In this document: positions 1-14,400 of the stretch, piece after piece
How the letters are laid out: every line of letters begins with the position of its first letter
Position numbering within the stretch: position 1 is the first letter of the stretch
Assembly: GCA_964106915.2 (NCBI GenBank)
Contig: OZ066915.1
DNA length: 64,000 bases
Reading direction: 5' to 3' (one strand)
DNA from: Podarcis gaigeae
Taxonomy: Eukaryota
Translations under genes and position numbers: made by a program
The notes under the pieces: model-generated
Database searches by the model: none
Told to the model about the DNA's origin: nothing
Seen by the model: only the letters and a program-made list of their open reading frames with translations

Positions 1-3
1 TAC

Positions 4-86
4 TTGCATGGAAGAATGCGGACAACATCATTCTGCTTGTAACTTTCAATACAAACAGCACAATGATCGAAGTCTGGATCCGTTTC
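4..86 (-). CDS. RNF130: RNF130 coding exon 5 (83 bp; RING-H2 N-terminal half)
   Basis: ttag|[28 protein letters not shown]|gta. Confidence 0.97.
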
Positions 87-3000
87 CTAAAATGAACAAA
101 GTGAATATTCAACCAATCTCTAGAGCAGACAGTCACAGAAATCCTGTAGTAAGACACATGACCTGGTTTTGTGCTGGGACATGTTGGAGGTATGGTGGTA
201 CCATTCACATAACAAAAACTAACACAGATATATCAACATTTTCAAAAGTCAGGGGTCCATGGTTTGGGGTTTGAGAAACAGGGGTTCTGCAGTACTTAGC
301 TAATTGGGAACCACTATTCTAGAAGACTAGAGGGGACCCGCCCACCCTTTCTCATTTTTCCTCATGGTATTATACTCTTCCCTTTTCTACATATATACCA
401 ATGAAAACGAAAAACTGCAATACGGGTAAGGTGTTGGTATTCAGCTCCCTAAGCGTCAACACTTTTACCTGTATAGGGTTTAATGTTTTACTATGTTTTT
501 ATATATGCTGGAAGCCGCCCAGAGTGGCTGGGATCAACCCAGTCAGATGGGCCGGGTACAAACAAAAAAACATTATCTACATCAGGGATGTCCAACCGGT
601 TGACCGTGATCAACAGGTAAATCCCGGGATGTTCGCGGTTGATCGCTGGATCCCTATTGTTGGAAGTGAAAGAACTCTCCGCCCCCCTCAACAACATTGG
701 TCTCCCCACCCCCAAAAAAGCTCAACAACTTCTTTTGTGGAGGACTCCACAAACCAAAAGGATTGGGATAAATCGAGGGGGGAAACAGACTTGCACAGAT
801 AAGCGTTAACACTTTTCTCAAGAAAAAATGTGACTAACATTTCATTTGGGTGACTATACCTTATCCCCTTTCTTCACTGTTCTTGTTGTCAATTTACCAA
901 CAGCTTTTTTTGCTGCATCTCCAAGTCGACGCTGAATAAAACACAGAGAGAGTTATTAGGTGTTGGAAAAACTGTGCTTCTTCCTCTTAAATCTCCTTTG
1001 GTTATATACTAAAATGGTGATTACAGCTTGTTCACTATATTCTGAAGAGTACCAGGTACACAGTTCATGGCACTTTCAAAACTAAAGTCTCTTTGGGCCA
1101 TAAACATCAAGCTCATATTTTATGGGAATCTCTTTTAGTTGCAAGCAAGAACGTCTACGCTTAAAGTGCAGATTCACCTTCAACAATATTATCCAAGGCA
1201 ATTGAGAATGGCCAGCTGCCAAGTGATTCAATAGATTTCTGAGACAGGTCACTTTGAATAGAACAAGCTCACATTTCCTTGCTTCAGTAACCAGGACTCC
1301 CAACAGGAGGAGGATTAGGTTTATACAGTGAGGATCAAGCAATGTGTTAGCATTTTTGCTCTTTAAGCTACTGTAATTATGTTGTTATTTAGAAGAGTAT
1401 GCTGTTACAGAGATGTTTCCTGATATCATCTTGTAGCTATTCTGGAAACACCTGAAACCAGAAATCTCCGATTTTTTTTAATTTCTCAAGTTTGTCAATA
1501 ATATGTAAAGAGAGATTCAATTTTGTGTTAATCTTTGCTAGATGTATTTATTTGCTTTATAGGGGGATAGATCCTGAGTGCCCTTTCAACAAACAAAAAG
1601 GCACCTTCCATCTATGGAAAGGCTCCAGATACGATAAAGCTACCTATTAGAATGGGGAAGGGGGCCTTGCACCAATTTCCCCTTTCCCCTTCAGCCCTTT
1701 GCAGCAACTCCCATTCTGTTCCAAAGGGTGCCCAAACCCTCCAGATCAGGGGGCACAATGGAAGGAGGAATCGGCAATCAAAAGAATCATATTTCAAAGT
1801 AACATACGGAAAGGGCCAAATCAGAGGCCATTCCAATGTTTACATTCAACTGGACGCTTAGGATGATGAAATGGAGAAGGAACAAGTGGACCATTTGGAA
1901 CATATTAATCCATTGTGCTAAATACTTTGGCCTGCTTCTGCTTGTTTGTGCCTCTGGATGTCTCCTACATTATTCAAGTATGTATCTTTTATTTTTCTCA
2001 TTGTCCATCAAATATGAGAAAAATAGGAAGCTCATCAGCACTGTAAAGTCACATAGGCTATAAAGAGAAAAGCAAAAAGGTCCCCAAATCAAGTGTTTTC
2101 AGCATACTTCCACTCCTAAACATTGCCATATAATGTACAAGTTTCAACACATTAAAATCCAGCCAGCCTCTTGATAAGCCAATTGCAGGTCTCCTGCAAC
2201 AAAAAGCTAAGTAAGACTGTCCTTTGTATGCTTCAATCAATACAGCAAACAAGCCAAACAGTCTCTTACTAATCCAATATTATATGGATGGTACTGTGGA
2301 GAGAACCATTTACACTCCAACTCATTTTAATGCAAAGTTGCTTACAAAATTAGAAGTACACTAAAAACAGAACAGCTGAAAGCCCAATTTAAAATAGTAA
2401 AACCAAAAGATCAACAGCAGCAGAACCTGCCCCAGTAGTAAACATCACAGGTATCATTTGAAAAGGTTTTAAATATTTCAGTCAGTCTCATAATGGGGTA
2501 ATGGTCATCCCAAAATGGCAAAGAGAAGTGGGTATTGTTTATTAATTTCCATTACGTTTTCCCTAACTTAAGACACGGTAAATTTTCAAAGCTGGCTGTT
2601 TTAACTACATATTTGGTTCCATAATGACCAAAAAGTTCAATAGTTCTGCTCACTCAAGACAGCGATGTAGAATATATACTTTGCCAACTACTGGCTGTGA
2701 GTACAGACCAAGCCCAGTCTATTGCTAAATGCTTTCTTTGATTCCAGAATACATGTGAGTTGTAAAATGCATTATTGGCATATCAAAGCAAGCTTCATGA
2801 TATTTAACCTTTTTTCAGAAGCAGTAGTTTACTTCCAAACTATTGTGTGAAGTCAGCAACAGACTTAAAATGCACAGTTATCCTATCACTTAGCAGCTGT
2901 TCCCCCCTATATAAAATAGCTAAGCTTTTCCAATTGTGCTCTAGCTGTTGCTACCTCTTCATAAAATTTTAATAAGACAAGCCTTTTAAACCACATAAAA

Positions 3001-5456
3001 GTTTTATCAAGTTTCTCCTGACCTTTGTAAAATTCTAAAGGAAAAAGGTCTAAAGACTTTTACTTAAAGAGCAACTGTGCAGGTGTGGATTTTTGAAATC
3101 CAGAAATTGCTAATGTATAGGATTGCTACTTTGTCCAATCAGTTGCCTATTTGTTATTCTTTTCAACTGCCAAATACAAGATAGGTAAAAAAGAGAATTG
3201 TAACATTGTCAAAAGTCTGAAATACAAAAGTAACGAAGCAGCATAAACACACAAGTTATGAAGCAGAACAGAAAGTATCTCACAACCTCCTCTTTCCTGG
3301 GTGTTTCAAGTACAACTGGGCAGTGACTATGCTTATCTGATAAAAGGACGTTTTGGCTCCCGAACGCTGCAAACCCGGAAGTGAGTGTTCCTGTTTGCAA
3401 ATGTTCTTTGGAACCTGAACATCTGATGCAGCTTCCGATTGAAGCCACGTCTTGGTTTCCAAACGTTTTGGAAGTCGAACAGACTTCCAGAATAGATTCC
3501 GTTTGACTTCCGAGGTACGACTGTACAGAGCATGGGTCGGCAAACTAAGGCCCGGGGGCTGGATCCGACCCAATTGCTTTCTGGATCCAGACGGTCTGGG
3601 AATCGCCACGTGGATCGGCATGGGGATTCTGATCATTCGGGCTGTGCCATTCCCCCCCCCACACACACACCGCAGCGGCGCCTACTCCCTCCCTCCTCCT
3701 GGCTTCTCCCCACCCTGCCTAGAGGAGGAAGGGGGCTGGGTTTTGTTGAGCCACGAGCACCATTTTAGCAGCCCCTCTCTGGAGCCAGCCATATCATGCC
3801 GTTCATTGTCCCTCCACTGCTGCCGCCAGCCCCTGCCACTCACAAGGCACAGGTAAGCAGCCACCAGGGCTCGTCCGGTGCTGTGGAGAAGAGAGGGAGA
3901 GTTGGGGGGGCTTTCCCCCCAAAATATAGTCTGGCTCCCCACTCCCCAGACTGGCCCCTGGTACAGAGGATGGAATTCAAACTGAATGGAGAACCATTCC
4001 ACTTGCACTGTGGGACTTCCCCTTCCTTTCCTCCCCCTACAACTCCCTGGAGAGTTGGGGGACTTGCTGGAGCAGATTTTCTGTTTCTGCAAGTATTTGC
4101 CCCATGACCTGTCATTTACCAGTACAAAACAAATTAAAGTTGTGAGGAAAGAAAATAAAGAAATAAACCAGTGAGCAGGAAAAGATTTGGGGGTGTTGGG
4201 AAACAGAGAAATGACAGATTCTTCTCTGAACCCCATCTTAGCTTCATCTCTATTTCACAAAAGCAGTTTTTCTTTCTCTCCTGTAACTTTTCTCTAGAAT
4301 GCAGAAGAGAACTTTGCTTTTTGATTCCATTCTTACAGTTTATGGTAATTTTACACTGGGATTTTTTCTTTATTCATACCAGTTTTCCAAATACTTTTTG
4401 TACAGCTCCAGTTAATCTTAATTACTTGTTTTGGGAAGCTTTTACCGGTACTTCTCTGTTACTAGAATTGTTCCTTGTAATTACTACACAGAACTGAGTT
4501 TTTCCTGAGCTCCAGCATTTGGACATCTTTGAATATATGTATTTTTTGCTTGTTCCAAGCTGAGATATACTTCACCTCCCCACCCCCCGAGCTTTTCTCC
4601 ACCATGTGGATCCTGCCAGCAGGACCCTGCAGTCATCTCTCTGTTCTTCCCTGAACCCACAGAAACTGCTGGGTTGTATTCAGTGAAATTTTACCCAGAG
4701 CAGACATACTGAAATGTACCTGGCTTAGTCATGTTCATTAATTTCAACAGTTCTACTCTGGATAAAACTTAGTTGACTACTACCCTGTTTGGATTGGTAG
4801 CTATTTGCTATATCTTCTCTTTTCTTAGTATTTAGAACAAGTGCCTATACGGCTAAAACATAGCACAGCTTTTAGGTCATTTGGACTAGTGAATGTTTTA
4901 GAGGAACAAACAATAGAGTTGCATAACAACAGTTAAAAATTATTCGTTTTGCATGCCATCATGATGCTTTGTAAAGTTAATTTGAATTATGTTCCTCTCA
5001 CTAAAGTTAAATATTAAACTAAAATTGCATATTCATATTCATTTTGTTTTTCCATGAAATTATTATTTTCACATACTGTTCCTTATTTCCCCAATATGTA
5101 TAATGTGCTGTTAATTTCTTCTGGATATTATTAAGATTGTAACTTATTCACTGGCCTGCTGATGTATTTAAAACCAATATTTTGAAACAATGTCTAGCTT
5201 CTCAGATCCTGTTTGGGCACTACCCTTTTGTTCCACTGGGGCAAATGAGACGTTAAAATGAAGGCCTCATTTCAAAATCCAGGCTGAGAAAAATCTTTGC
5301 CCTGCCTTGCAATAGGAAACAGTGAGCTACCGTTCAATCCAAAAAATTCTTCTTTTCCATAGCTCTGTAGACCTTGTTTTCAGAACCCCCAAATAAAGGC
5401 ACACCTATATTCCCCCCAATGCAGTTTACCTACAATGAATGAGAAACACTGAATAG

Positions 5457-5499
<43 letters not shown>

Positions 5500-8400
5500 A
5501 TAAACAAGCAGTCACTCAACAATTTATATTAGAACAGAATCTTGTTAATAATATTTGGCAATTTACAATGCTCCCAAGTGGAGGAAAATGTCTGCATTTC
5601 AACTCCCGAATGGTTTATAGCATATTACACTGAAATTAATTCCTAAGAAATGACACACTGCATTTCAGAAAAATGTTGAAGATCTAGTCTTTCATTACTT
5701 AAGACTCTCAGACATATGAAGATTGTCTGTATTTTTTAAAACCAGCACATTATGGGAGTAGTGTTTCTAGGACTAAGGTGAAACAGTGAAGCTCCCTTGT
5801 TGTTTTTGCTACTGGATGATTCATGTTATTTAAGTAATCTTGTTATATTTTTGAAAAGTGGTTTTTTTGTATGTTACTATATTTGCTATTGGTTTCTCAT
5901 GTTATTATGAAATTATTTTTGCAGTACTTGTTTGAAATGTACTCCTGGTATTATTATTATTTTGTAAGCTGCTTTGAGCATGTTTTTTTGTGGAAAGTGG
6001 CATACAAATAAAATGAATGAAAATGAAGGTTACAAACAGCAGCAGTTTAGTTATGTCATGCTTATTTATTTATTTATTTGATTTGTATACCACCCTCAAT
6101 AGATCTCAGGGCAGTTCATAAAATACAGCAGAAAAACAAGTAACTACTAATTATTTAAAAAACCCAGCAAAACAAGAACACACCCCTTTCCACAGACACA
6201 TTTTAAAGGCTATAGAATATTGATAAGCCAAAGGCCTGGTTGAAGAGGAATGTTGCTCAAGAGATTTCTGGAATCCAGAGGAAACTTAAATAGCTTAGCT
6301 TACAAACTAAAACTAGAGGTAGTGATTGTGTTCACCAACAGAGAGAACAAAGTAATTCTTGAAGGCTGCCCTCAGTGATATTAGAACCAAGCAACTTAGT
6401 TTGGCTAACCCCAACACTGTAACGTACCGGTAATTCTCATTAACTGAATCCCACCTGCCTGGGATAACACTTATGACCATTCCCAGTGATACCTGTGTGT
6501 CATACCCTGGGACCCAGGTGAATGTCATGACCTAAGGCAGATGTCAAGACCCTCAAGTCAGCACAGCACAGCATGCACTTATGCTCAAATCCTCTGTCAC
6601 TATGCTTACACAACTGACCACAGCCTGCTAAGTGCCAAGTCTGCATAAACAGGTTCTCACAGGCACAACCACAACTTGTTGCCAAGCTACCTTATATGGA
6701 GATAAGAGCATATTTTGAACACACATAAAGATAGCCAGTTAGGATAGTTTAAGCGTTTGCCATTATTGCATATTTTTCTAAAATGCTATAAAAGCTCTGT
6801 GAACCCTTCGTTTGAGGGCCCAGTTTCTTTTGGCAGTTATCCAACTGGGTCTCTTTATTCACACTGCAGCATGCAATAAATCTGAACTCTTTCCAAGCGC
6901 TGTATTTGTCTTCTTTTGGTGAGAAGAATCTGTGTTTTTATTTGTAGGTACCTCCTTTTTAGGTAACACCAGAATACTTCATTAAAAAAAGAAGGCAAAA
7001 AGTAACAGATCAGGAAAGTAGTTCAAAACAAGTTGAACATTCACCTAAGTTTAAGGGTTTTACAGGAAATAGCCCCTTTCTCCCCTACACCAGAAAGTAT
7101 TACTTTTGTCTTAAAAATATATATGGGTCAACATTTAGTACAGGCCCATTTATATTCCCTTTAATACTGTATAATTGCATATGATAAAGACCTTCTGCAA
7201 AATACCAAAATATATTTTTATCACAGTATGAAACAGCTCACATGTTGCATGCATTAACTTTACAATTTAATTACAAGGGAAAATTAATATCCCACCCTTC
7301 CATTGTAGTCATAGCACTCAGGATGGTGTATAGTAGTGAAAAGCAGTTACAAAAACATTTAATAAAAATCTATCAACACAACATAAAAACCCTACACATT
7401 TGATATGAAGAATCAAAAGATAGTTACCTGGTTCCGATCACGTGCACTTGTATATCTGATCTTCTGGATGAAGTAAAATATTAACCATGCTGAAGAAATT
7501 ATCATCAAAACTATGAACGATATTGATACAAAGACAAGAGAACCACGGCTAAAGTTTTTGTTTGGATAGCGGGTTCCAACTGCTATTGCAATAATGACAG
7601 ACATATTTTTCTCCAAGTAATTCAGAATCTCCTTAACCTTCAATTCTGTGATCATGACAGTGACAATGTCTCCAGTTCCTATCAAAAGAATAAGCAGAAG
7701 AAAACAATGAATCAACATCTGACATAACATGTATGTTTATTAAGAAGCAAATCATTTGGCTGTACATATATACATTTAAACAAACTGTTAGGTATCAAAA
7801 AGCTGATCCCGAATTGTGAAAAACAGTATGAGATTAGCAACCTCAAATTTTAGAAAATTAGGAAAGCAACATTACTTTGCAAACACTTTTTTACATGCAC
7901 ATCTCTTAACCAACATTTGTTGAAAATGATTTAATTTCAAAACAACACATATATGAACTATTCATACTGATATCTACCAAGAACAAAGCAGTGAGACAAA
8001 AAAAGCACCTATATTCCTCCTAAATATAGCAGTTTAGTTCTGAGGCTAAAGGAAACTCAAAAACATTGAAAAGAATTGGCCAAGCTATACCTTCACCCTT
8101 GAGTAATGAAAAGATAATCATATTCCTTCCTGAGTGACCTAGAAAGTAATGAATGCTCCACTGAGCCAAGTATACAGGATAATATCCAACTAAGCAACTA
8201 AGTCATACTCAGAGTTAATCTCATGAAATTAATGGTCAACAATTTTCCACTGATATAAATGAGTGAACTCCAATCATAACCAACATTGGATATAATACAC
8301 AATCACTAGCTAGCTAAAGATTTAGTGATGGTTTTTGGTTTTCACTCAATCCAAGAAACAGAACTGAAGGTCCCAGAGTAAAATTCAATGAAACCATCTA

Positions 8401-11400
8401 GCAGCAATAAAAAAAATGCAATTTTAATGGTAGAGCTTATTGGGCAAATTGAGAAAGGAAACTTAAAATAATGTTGTATATATATCTCCTGTGTACAGCA
8501 TATCTCTGCCTAACAGATACTGGGTGAAAACACTGGACAACTCTGCCACACCCGATTGTGAGCTATAGGAGCATTTTCTTTGATGCTGGAGACAGAATGA
8601 TGTACTCAAACAATTGGTCTGTCACATTTCACTTGCTGCTTATCTACTCTAATCTTAATTTTTTAACAATTGCCACAAATGACCTAGCAACTATATTTTT
8701 CTCCCTTACACAAGTCCAGGTAACAATAATTTAGAAGGCAACCATGGGAACTAGTAAGTATTTGATACTTTTCTGTAGATGCTTTAATGTAGCATTCAGA
8801 GACTATGAACTTGAATATAATGCATCTGGTCACAGGTCCATCTAGCCAGTAATGTCTATTTTATGCATTCATGCTTTTTGAGAAGCCCACAGAGTACAAA
8901 AACAACAGCCCTCTCCCATTATTACACCACCAGCAATTGGTGTTCAGGTACATGCTGGCTCTGAATCTGAAGGTTTGCCCAGAGCTAAAAACATATCACC
9001 AGAAGCAAATAGCCTACTTGAATGTTGTCCACTACTGGACGCCAACTATTCTATATTTTATTGCATTTTGCAGTGGAAAAGCTCCTAGCATTTATTGTCT
9101 ACTCGACTACCTCTATTACATTAAGGCAGCTAAGATCAGCCAGTGAGGGGCAAACAAGCAGGTTTAGAAAGAAGCAGACCAGGGCTGAAGGTTACAGCAA
9201 ATCCAATGGATACCTCAATGCGAGCTCCCAGGGAACAACAGGAGAGGACTAACTAACTGAAAATTAGATTAAAAGTATATGCAACTAATACTTGGCTGAG
9301 CAAGATTTCCAGCATTAATCTATGTCTAGGAAGAATGCAACTGAAGATTTCACTTTGTCAGAGAAATAGTATACTATCATAGTTCAACAGCGCAATATGG
9401 GCTCCAAGTCTTGTATTTTCAGATACTATGCTAATGGAAAGCTGTCATGAAGGGTTTCTATAGATCATGTATGTTTTGTAGAATATTTGAGCACAGCTAA
9501 TACAATCATGCAAATATGCATTGGAAGGGATTGTTGCACAAACCATACTCCGTATACTTATCCTTCTTCCCATCTAGTTTCTGTTACAGGCATTAAATTA
9601 AGCACATTATTTTCTTCTCTGTCACAAATAAAGTAGACATGGCAATATGCTATGGTCATGCAGCTAGTGGAGACTGCCAGTCTCAGCACTTTATCCAGCA
9701 CTTTTATAAATCAAAGAATGAATGACCAACTTCCACGCTTGATAATCACAAAAAAGACAAAATACTGTTAACTATCCACCATGATGTATCTGAACATGTC
9801 TAAAAACAAAGAAATATCTGGTATCTTAGCTTTTACCTGGATGAGTCATGGTGACAGGCTCCTCACTTGACATATTATTGTAAATTACCACAGCTGAAGC
9901 ATTATGTAAAGCTGCTCGCAGGATTTTTTGTTTAAAGGTGCAATTTCCTCGCTGCAGTAGGGCAACCCACTGCTTGTTTGTAGGAACTGGAAACCGAGTT
10001 CGTGGATCACAGCCTAAACGATCTGAAACTAAAAAAAGGAAAGAGATGTCAGTTAAAGTTTGTTGATAAAAATATCTAAAAAGCAGTTCACTGGCTAAAA
10101 TTATTTTCTAGTTATGAGACCAGAACAATTTGCACAACCCAAAGCAATTTTTAAGCTAAATAATAATCTGTAAGTGTTAACCATATTTGATCATTATGAT
10201 CATTACACTTAAAGATTTTTTTCAGCTCCAGAATACTTACTAGTGAATATTTTCAATACCTGGTCAGAGGAATGGCAAAACGTTAGGATAAATTTGTTCA
10301 TGTACCGCTGTCATCTTCAGCTGCCCAAAATTTATGTATATATTTAGAATTTAGAATGGAGATTTGGAAGCGACTCAAAAGGCCATCTTGTCCAACCCCT
10401 ACCTGGAATATCGGAATCACAGATGGCCATCCAACCTCTATTTAAAAATCTCTAATTGCTTGGTACTCCAATTGCTTGATATAGGGACACGGGTGGCACT
10501 GTGGTCTAAACCACTGAGCCTGGGGCTTGCCGATTGGCAGGTCGGCAGTTCGAATCGCCGAAACAGGGTGAGCACCCATTGCTCAGTCCCAGCTCCTGCC
10601 AACCTAGCAGTTCGAAAGCACATCAAAGTGCAAGTAGATAAATAGGTACCGCTCCGACGGGAAGGTAAATGGCATTTCCGTGTGCTGCTCTGGTTTTGCC
10701 AGAAGCGGCTTAGTCATGCTGGCCACATGACCTGGAAAAACTGTCTGTGGACAGACGTCAGCTCCCTCAGCCAGTAAAGCAAGATGAGCACTGCAACCCC
10801 AGAGTTGTTTGTGACTGGATTTAACTGTCAGGGGTCCTTTACCTTTACCTTTTACCAACTGCTTGATACTTGGGAGACAGTCCTATTGTAAAAGCAAGCT
10901 TATAAACTAAGAATATGCAGTATAGAGAACAGAGCAAAAAAATATTTTATTTGCTATAGTTTGGTATGATTTTATTAACTATATCAATGATTTTAAAAAA
11001 TGAGAAAGACCCCCCCCCCCAAAAAAATGTATACAACTTGATATGGCAAATTTAGTAAGATGTAATGGTCAATCTTTATGGTAGCTTTGAATCAGTACAA
11101 TGTCTAATTGTGCCTCTACATGTATCAGAAAGGCAAACAGGCTGGCAATCTCTGTCCTCTTCATAGCTTCTCATAGAATCTTCCAATATTTACTGGAACT
11201 AAGGGATACTACCATACACCTTGAGTGCCAGACACATCAATCAGCATTGTAAAGGACACAGACAACCATGTCAGCAAGTTTAATTGTCAATAGTTGTCCA
11301 TTATCATCTGTCATCTATGATCAGTTATTTAGAATCCATTTCTAATGTATATTTTTCTCAAGCTGAGGACTCTGAATATATATGCTGGAAAGTCTCCATG

Positions 11401-14400
11401 GCATAATGAAAAGCAATTTAAGAGTAATTTCAAGCTTATACAAATCACTTATTTAAAAATATGTGTTCTGAAGTCATTTATGTCATTTCACAATCGTACA
11501 AAAGGTTACTATATAAAATGTTTTCTCTTTTCAATAAAGTGCCAAATTCCATCAACCTAGTCTATTTCAAATTCAAGTACCTTCTCTGTACTGACAACCG
11601 TCCTCTACCTTAGCTCACTCACAATGAATTCTGAACTTCTTGTGTGCAGTGAATTTGCTATGCTTTCCAGTTTTTCAAGCTGCCACATTCAAAGATCATC
11701 TGGCTCAGAACATTTAGAGCTAAGCCACTTAAACTTAATATTATTTAGAATCTGATCTAACACTGCATGCAAAACTGCTATCTAAGGTCTTGTCTTTCAA
11801 GTTGGTTAATTCTTTTTTTATTCAGTGGTGGTGTTCAATGCCTACAGCACAGGTGATGCTGTAATACTCAAGTACTCAACAAGTTGCTGTAATGCTCTAA
11901 TACTCAACAAGTAGTGGATTATTTGGAGAAACTAGTCTGTCCCACAAAACATGCAGAAAATGGGATTTCACCATCCTATTAAGTATCCTTCCTAGTCCTT
12001 CCAAGAGCTTCCAATGAAGTATGCAACTGCTTATTTTCTGGTAGCTATTGTACTTGCTAAAGCAAAATCTTCTGCATTTTCTATGTGTTATGTGTGAGAA
12101 ACTTTTGAGGTTACACCTGGCAAACTTGCATAGTTGTGCTAATTAGAGAAAAATAGAAATCCTCAGGTGTCATCTTTTGAGCTACAGGAAATAAAGACTT
12201 GGCAGAAAAGCATGTAAGCTGAAGCAAAACTGAGACAGTTGCAATTCATTTTGGGGGGGAAGCAATTTCAGTCCACAGAATTTTGGAGCATAATCCACTC
12301 CAAAGGAGAATCTAAATCTCAAAGTAGTACAGTACTCTGTATAACACTACAACATCTTGGTTACCAGCTAGCAGATGGTGCTGATCAGATGCTTCTTGTT
12401 ACAGATGGCTCTCTTGACCTTTACCACTCTGGAAATATCCACACCTGAGATGTACACATTATATAAATTTCAGGGGTGGAGGGAATCAAACATGCCTCTA
12501 ACTGAATTGCAGGTGCACTTTTCTGTAAACAAGTTTCCCTGAAACACCTTTTCTTGACTACTTAAATACAGAATCATCCAGCCCATGTGACAATCTGTAT
12601 CACTTCACATTACAAATGGATGGATGAAATGGTGAAAGCTCACATATTACAAAACTGCACAAATGGGTTGGTAAAGAATGTTGGTCACCAATGAAAGGAA
12701 CCTGTCAGTGAAATGAAGGAAGATGACAATTCCCTTCCCCACTACAGGTCCCATGCCATCATCTGTTTGAGGATCCCTAATCCCCTGAAGCAGATGCGGC
12801 GGGGGGGGGGGGCAGAGAGCTATGAGAGGGAGGAGAATTGCCCCCCTCCATTGCCTCCCTTCCTCATTCTGCTAGCAGATTCCTTCTGGAGTTCTAATCA
12901 TCCATGGAGCTCACTGGGTGACCTTGCACCAGTCACTGTTTCTCAACCCTATCTCACAGGGTTGTGAGGATAAAACGGGGAGAGGAAGAACCATATACAT
13001 CACTATGAGCTTCTTGGAGGAAAGGTGGGATATAAATGCAATAAACAAATAAAATAAACATCTAATCTAATCTGAGTTTATATAACTGAAGTTTGGTACA
13101 GATATTTTTTTAAAATAAACAAGCTAGTAAACACTGGTTTAGTCATGTCCACAGAATGAAAGATGGCAGGATCCCAAGGATGTGCTCTACTGGGAGCTGG
13201 CTTCAAGCACCAGGCCTGTTGACAGAACCAACTCTGCATTACAAAGATGACTGCAAATGTCACATAAAGGCTGGTAACATCAGCCCTGCTGTGTGGGAAT
13301 CCCTTGCATATGACAGCTGTGCCTGGAGAAAGTCAGTCAAGTTGTGTATCCACAGCAGTGACCAGAGGAGGAATAGGACCTCTGAGAGGAGCACAGAGAG
13401 AAGAAACGCCATGGGGAATCAGCCTCAGCACAACTGGGTGCCTTCATCTGCCTCAGCTGCAACAGAACACATCTCATCCATACCAGTGTCTCTACAGCCA
13501 CAGCAGGTGCTGTAACTCTTCAACAATTTGACTTCACCCCCAAAAGTACACTCCTCCACTGTCCCCTCAAACAGACAGATGCTGTACACCAAAAGAAGTA
13601 AACTCCTGATATAATAGATTCAATGTAGGCATTTCCTTAACACAGCAATGTTGTTCAATTTTAAGCTTATTTGGAAGTACAGTACTGTAAAACTGTTGCA
13701 ATGGAACTTATTTCAGAGTTGGTTGTATTGCATGGAAATATTAGTTTACTCACTATCTTTTGGAAAAGAAACCAGGCGGACCATAAATGTGCAAACATCC
13801 CACTATCACAGTGGATTTAAAAGGTAATATTTTGTTGCAGGTCCACTTGTATTGCAAAAATGCTGTATCAGTATAAAGAGAAAAGACAGAAGCAGCACTA
13901 ACACCTAGCAGCATACATTGCCTTCCCCTCACAATTACAATATAAAATTAACAATTTCATGTAAACATTCAGGTTAATTCCCTGATGAACATATTTTGTT
14001 TCCTCTCATTCTCAGTTTTACCACAAAACTGGGGACATGTATTAGATTTAACGGAATGTGTGTTCTCTGGGAAAAAATGTTTTTGAGAACTCATTCCTAT
14101 TTTACAGGAATGTCTCAAAAATGTTGATTGTTGTGATTCTAAGCCAATGATAGGGAACCTGTGCCTCTACTGATGTTCTCTACTGACTCCCATCAGCACT
14201 AGCCAGTATGACCAATCATCAGGTAATAAAGGAAATAAAAGAGCTGGGAGTCCAATAGGTTCCCCATCTTGACTGAAATTCTTCCGACAGATGCAACACA
14301 GATTATGGCCTTTCCCCTCAGTTATCAGTTTCAGCAGTCACCCAAGTTCTGCCTACAACTGAAATTTACTGAAGAATACGGAAGTACAATTTGCTTAATT

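Noticed and set aside
3209-4236. Cluster of ORFs of 60-184 aa
   Set aside because: Overlap adjacent MITE and hAT-like elements; no transposase or other domain recognised
9100-9270. Possible poison cassette exon in RNF130 intron 2 (ttttcag acceptor, immediate stop)
   Set aside because: Candidate donors (gtagtc, gtatcc) are weak and there is no other support
9670-9700. GAGACTG/CAGTCTCAGCACTTTAT resembling recalled miR-340 arms (a mammalian RNF130 intronic miRNA)
   Set aside because: Only a 7-bp stem with a 1-nt loop, no precursor-length hairpin; match is short and based on memory
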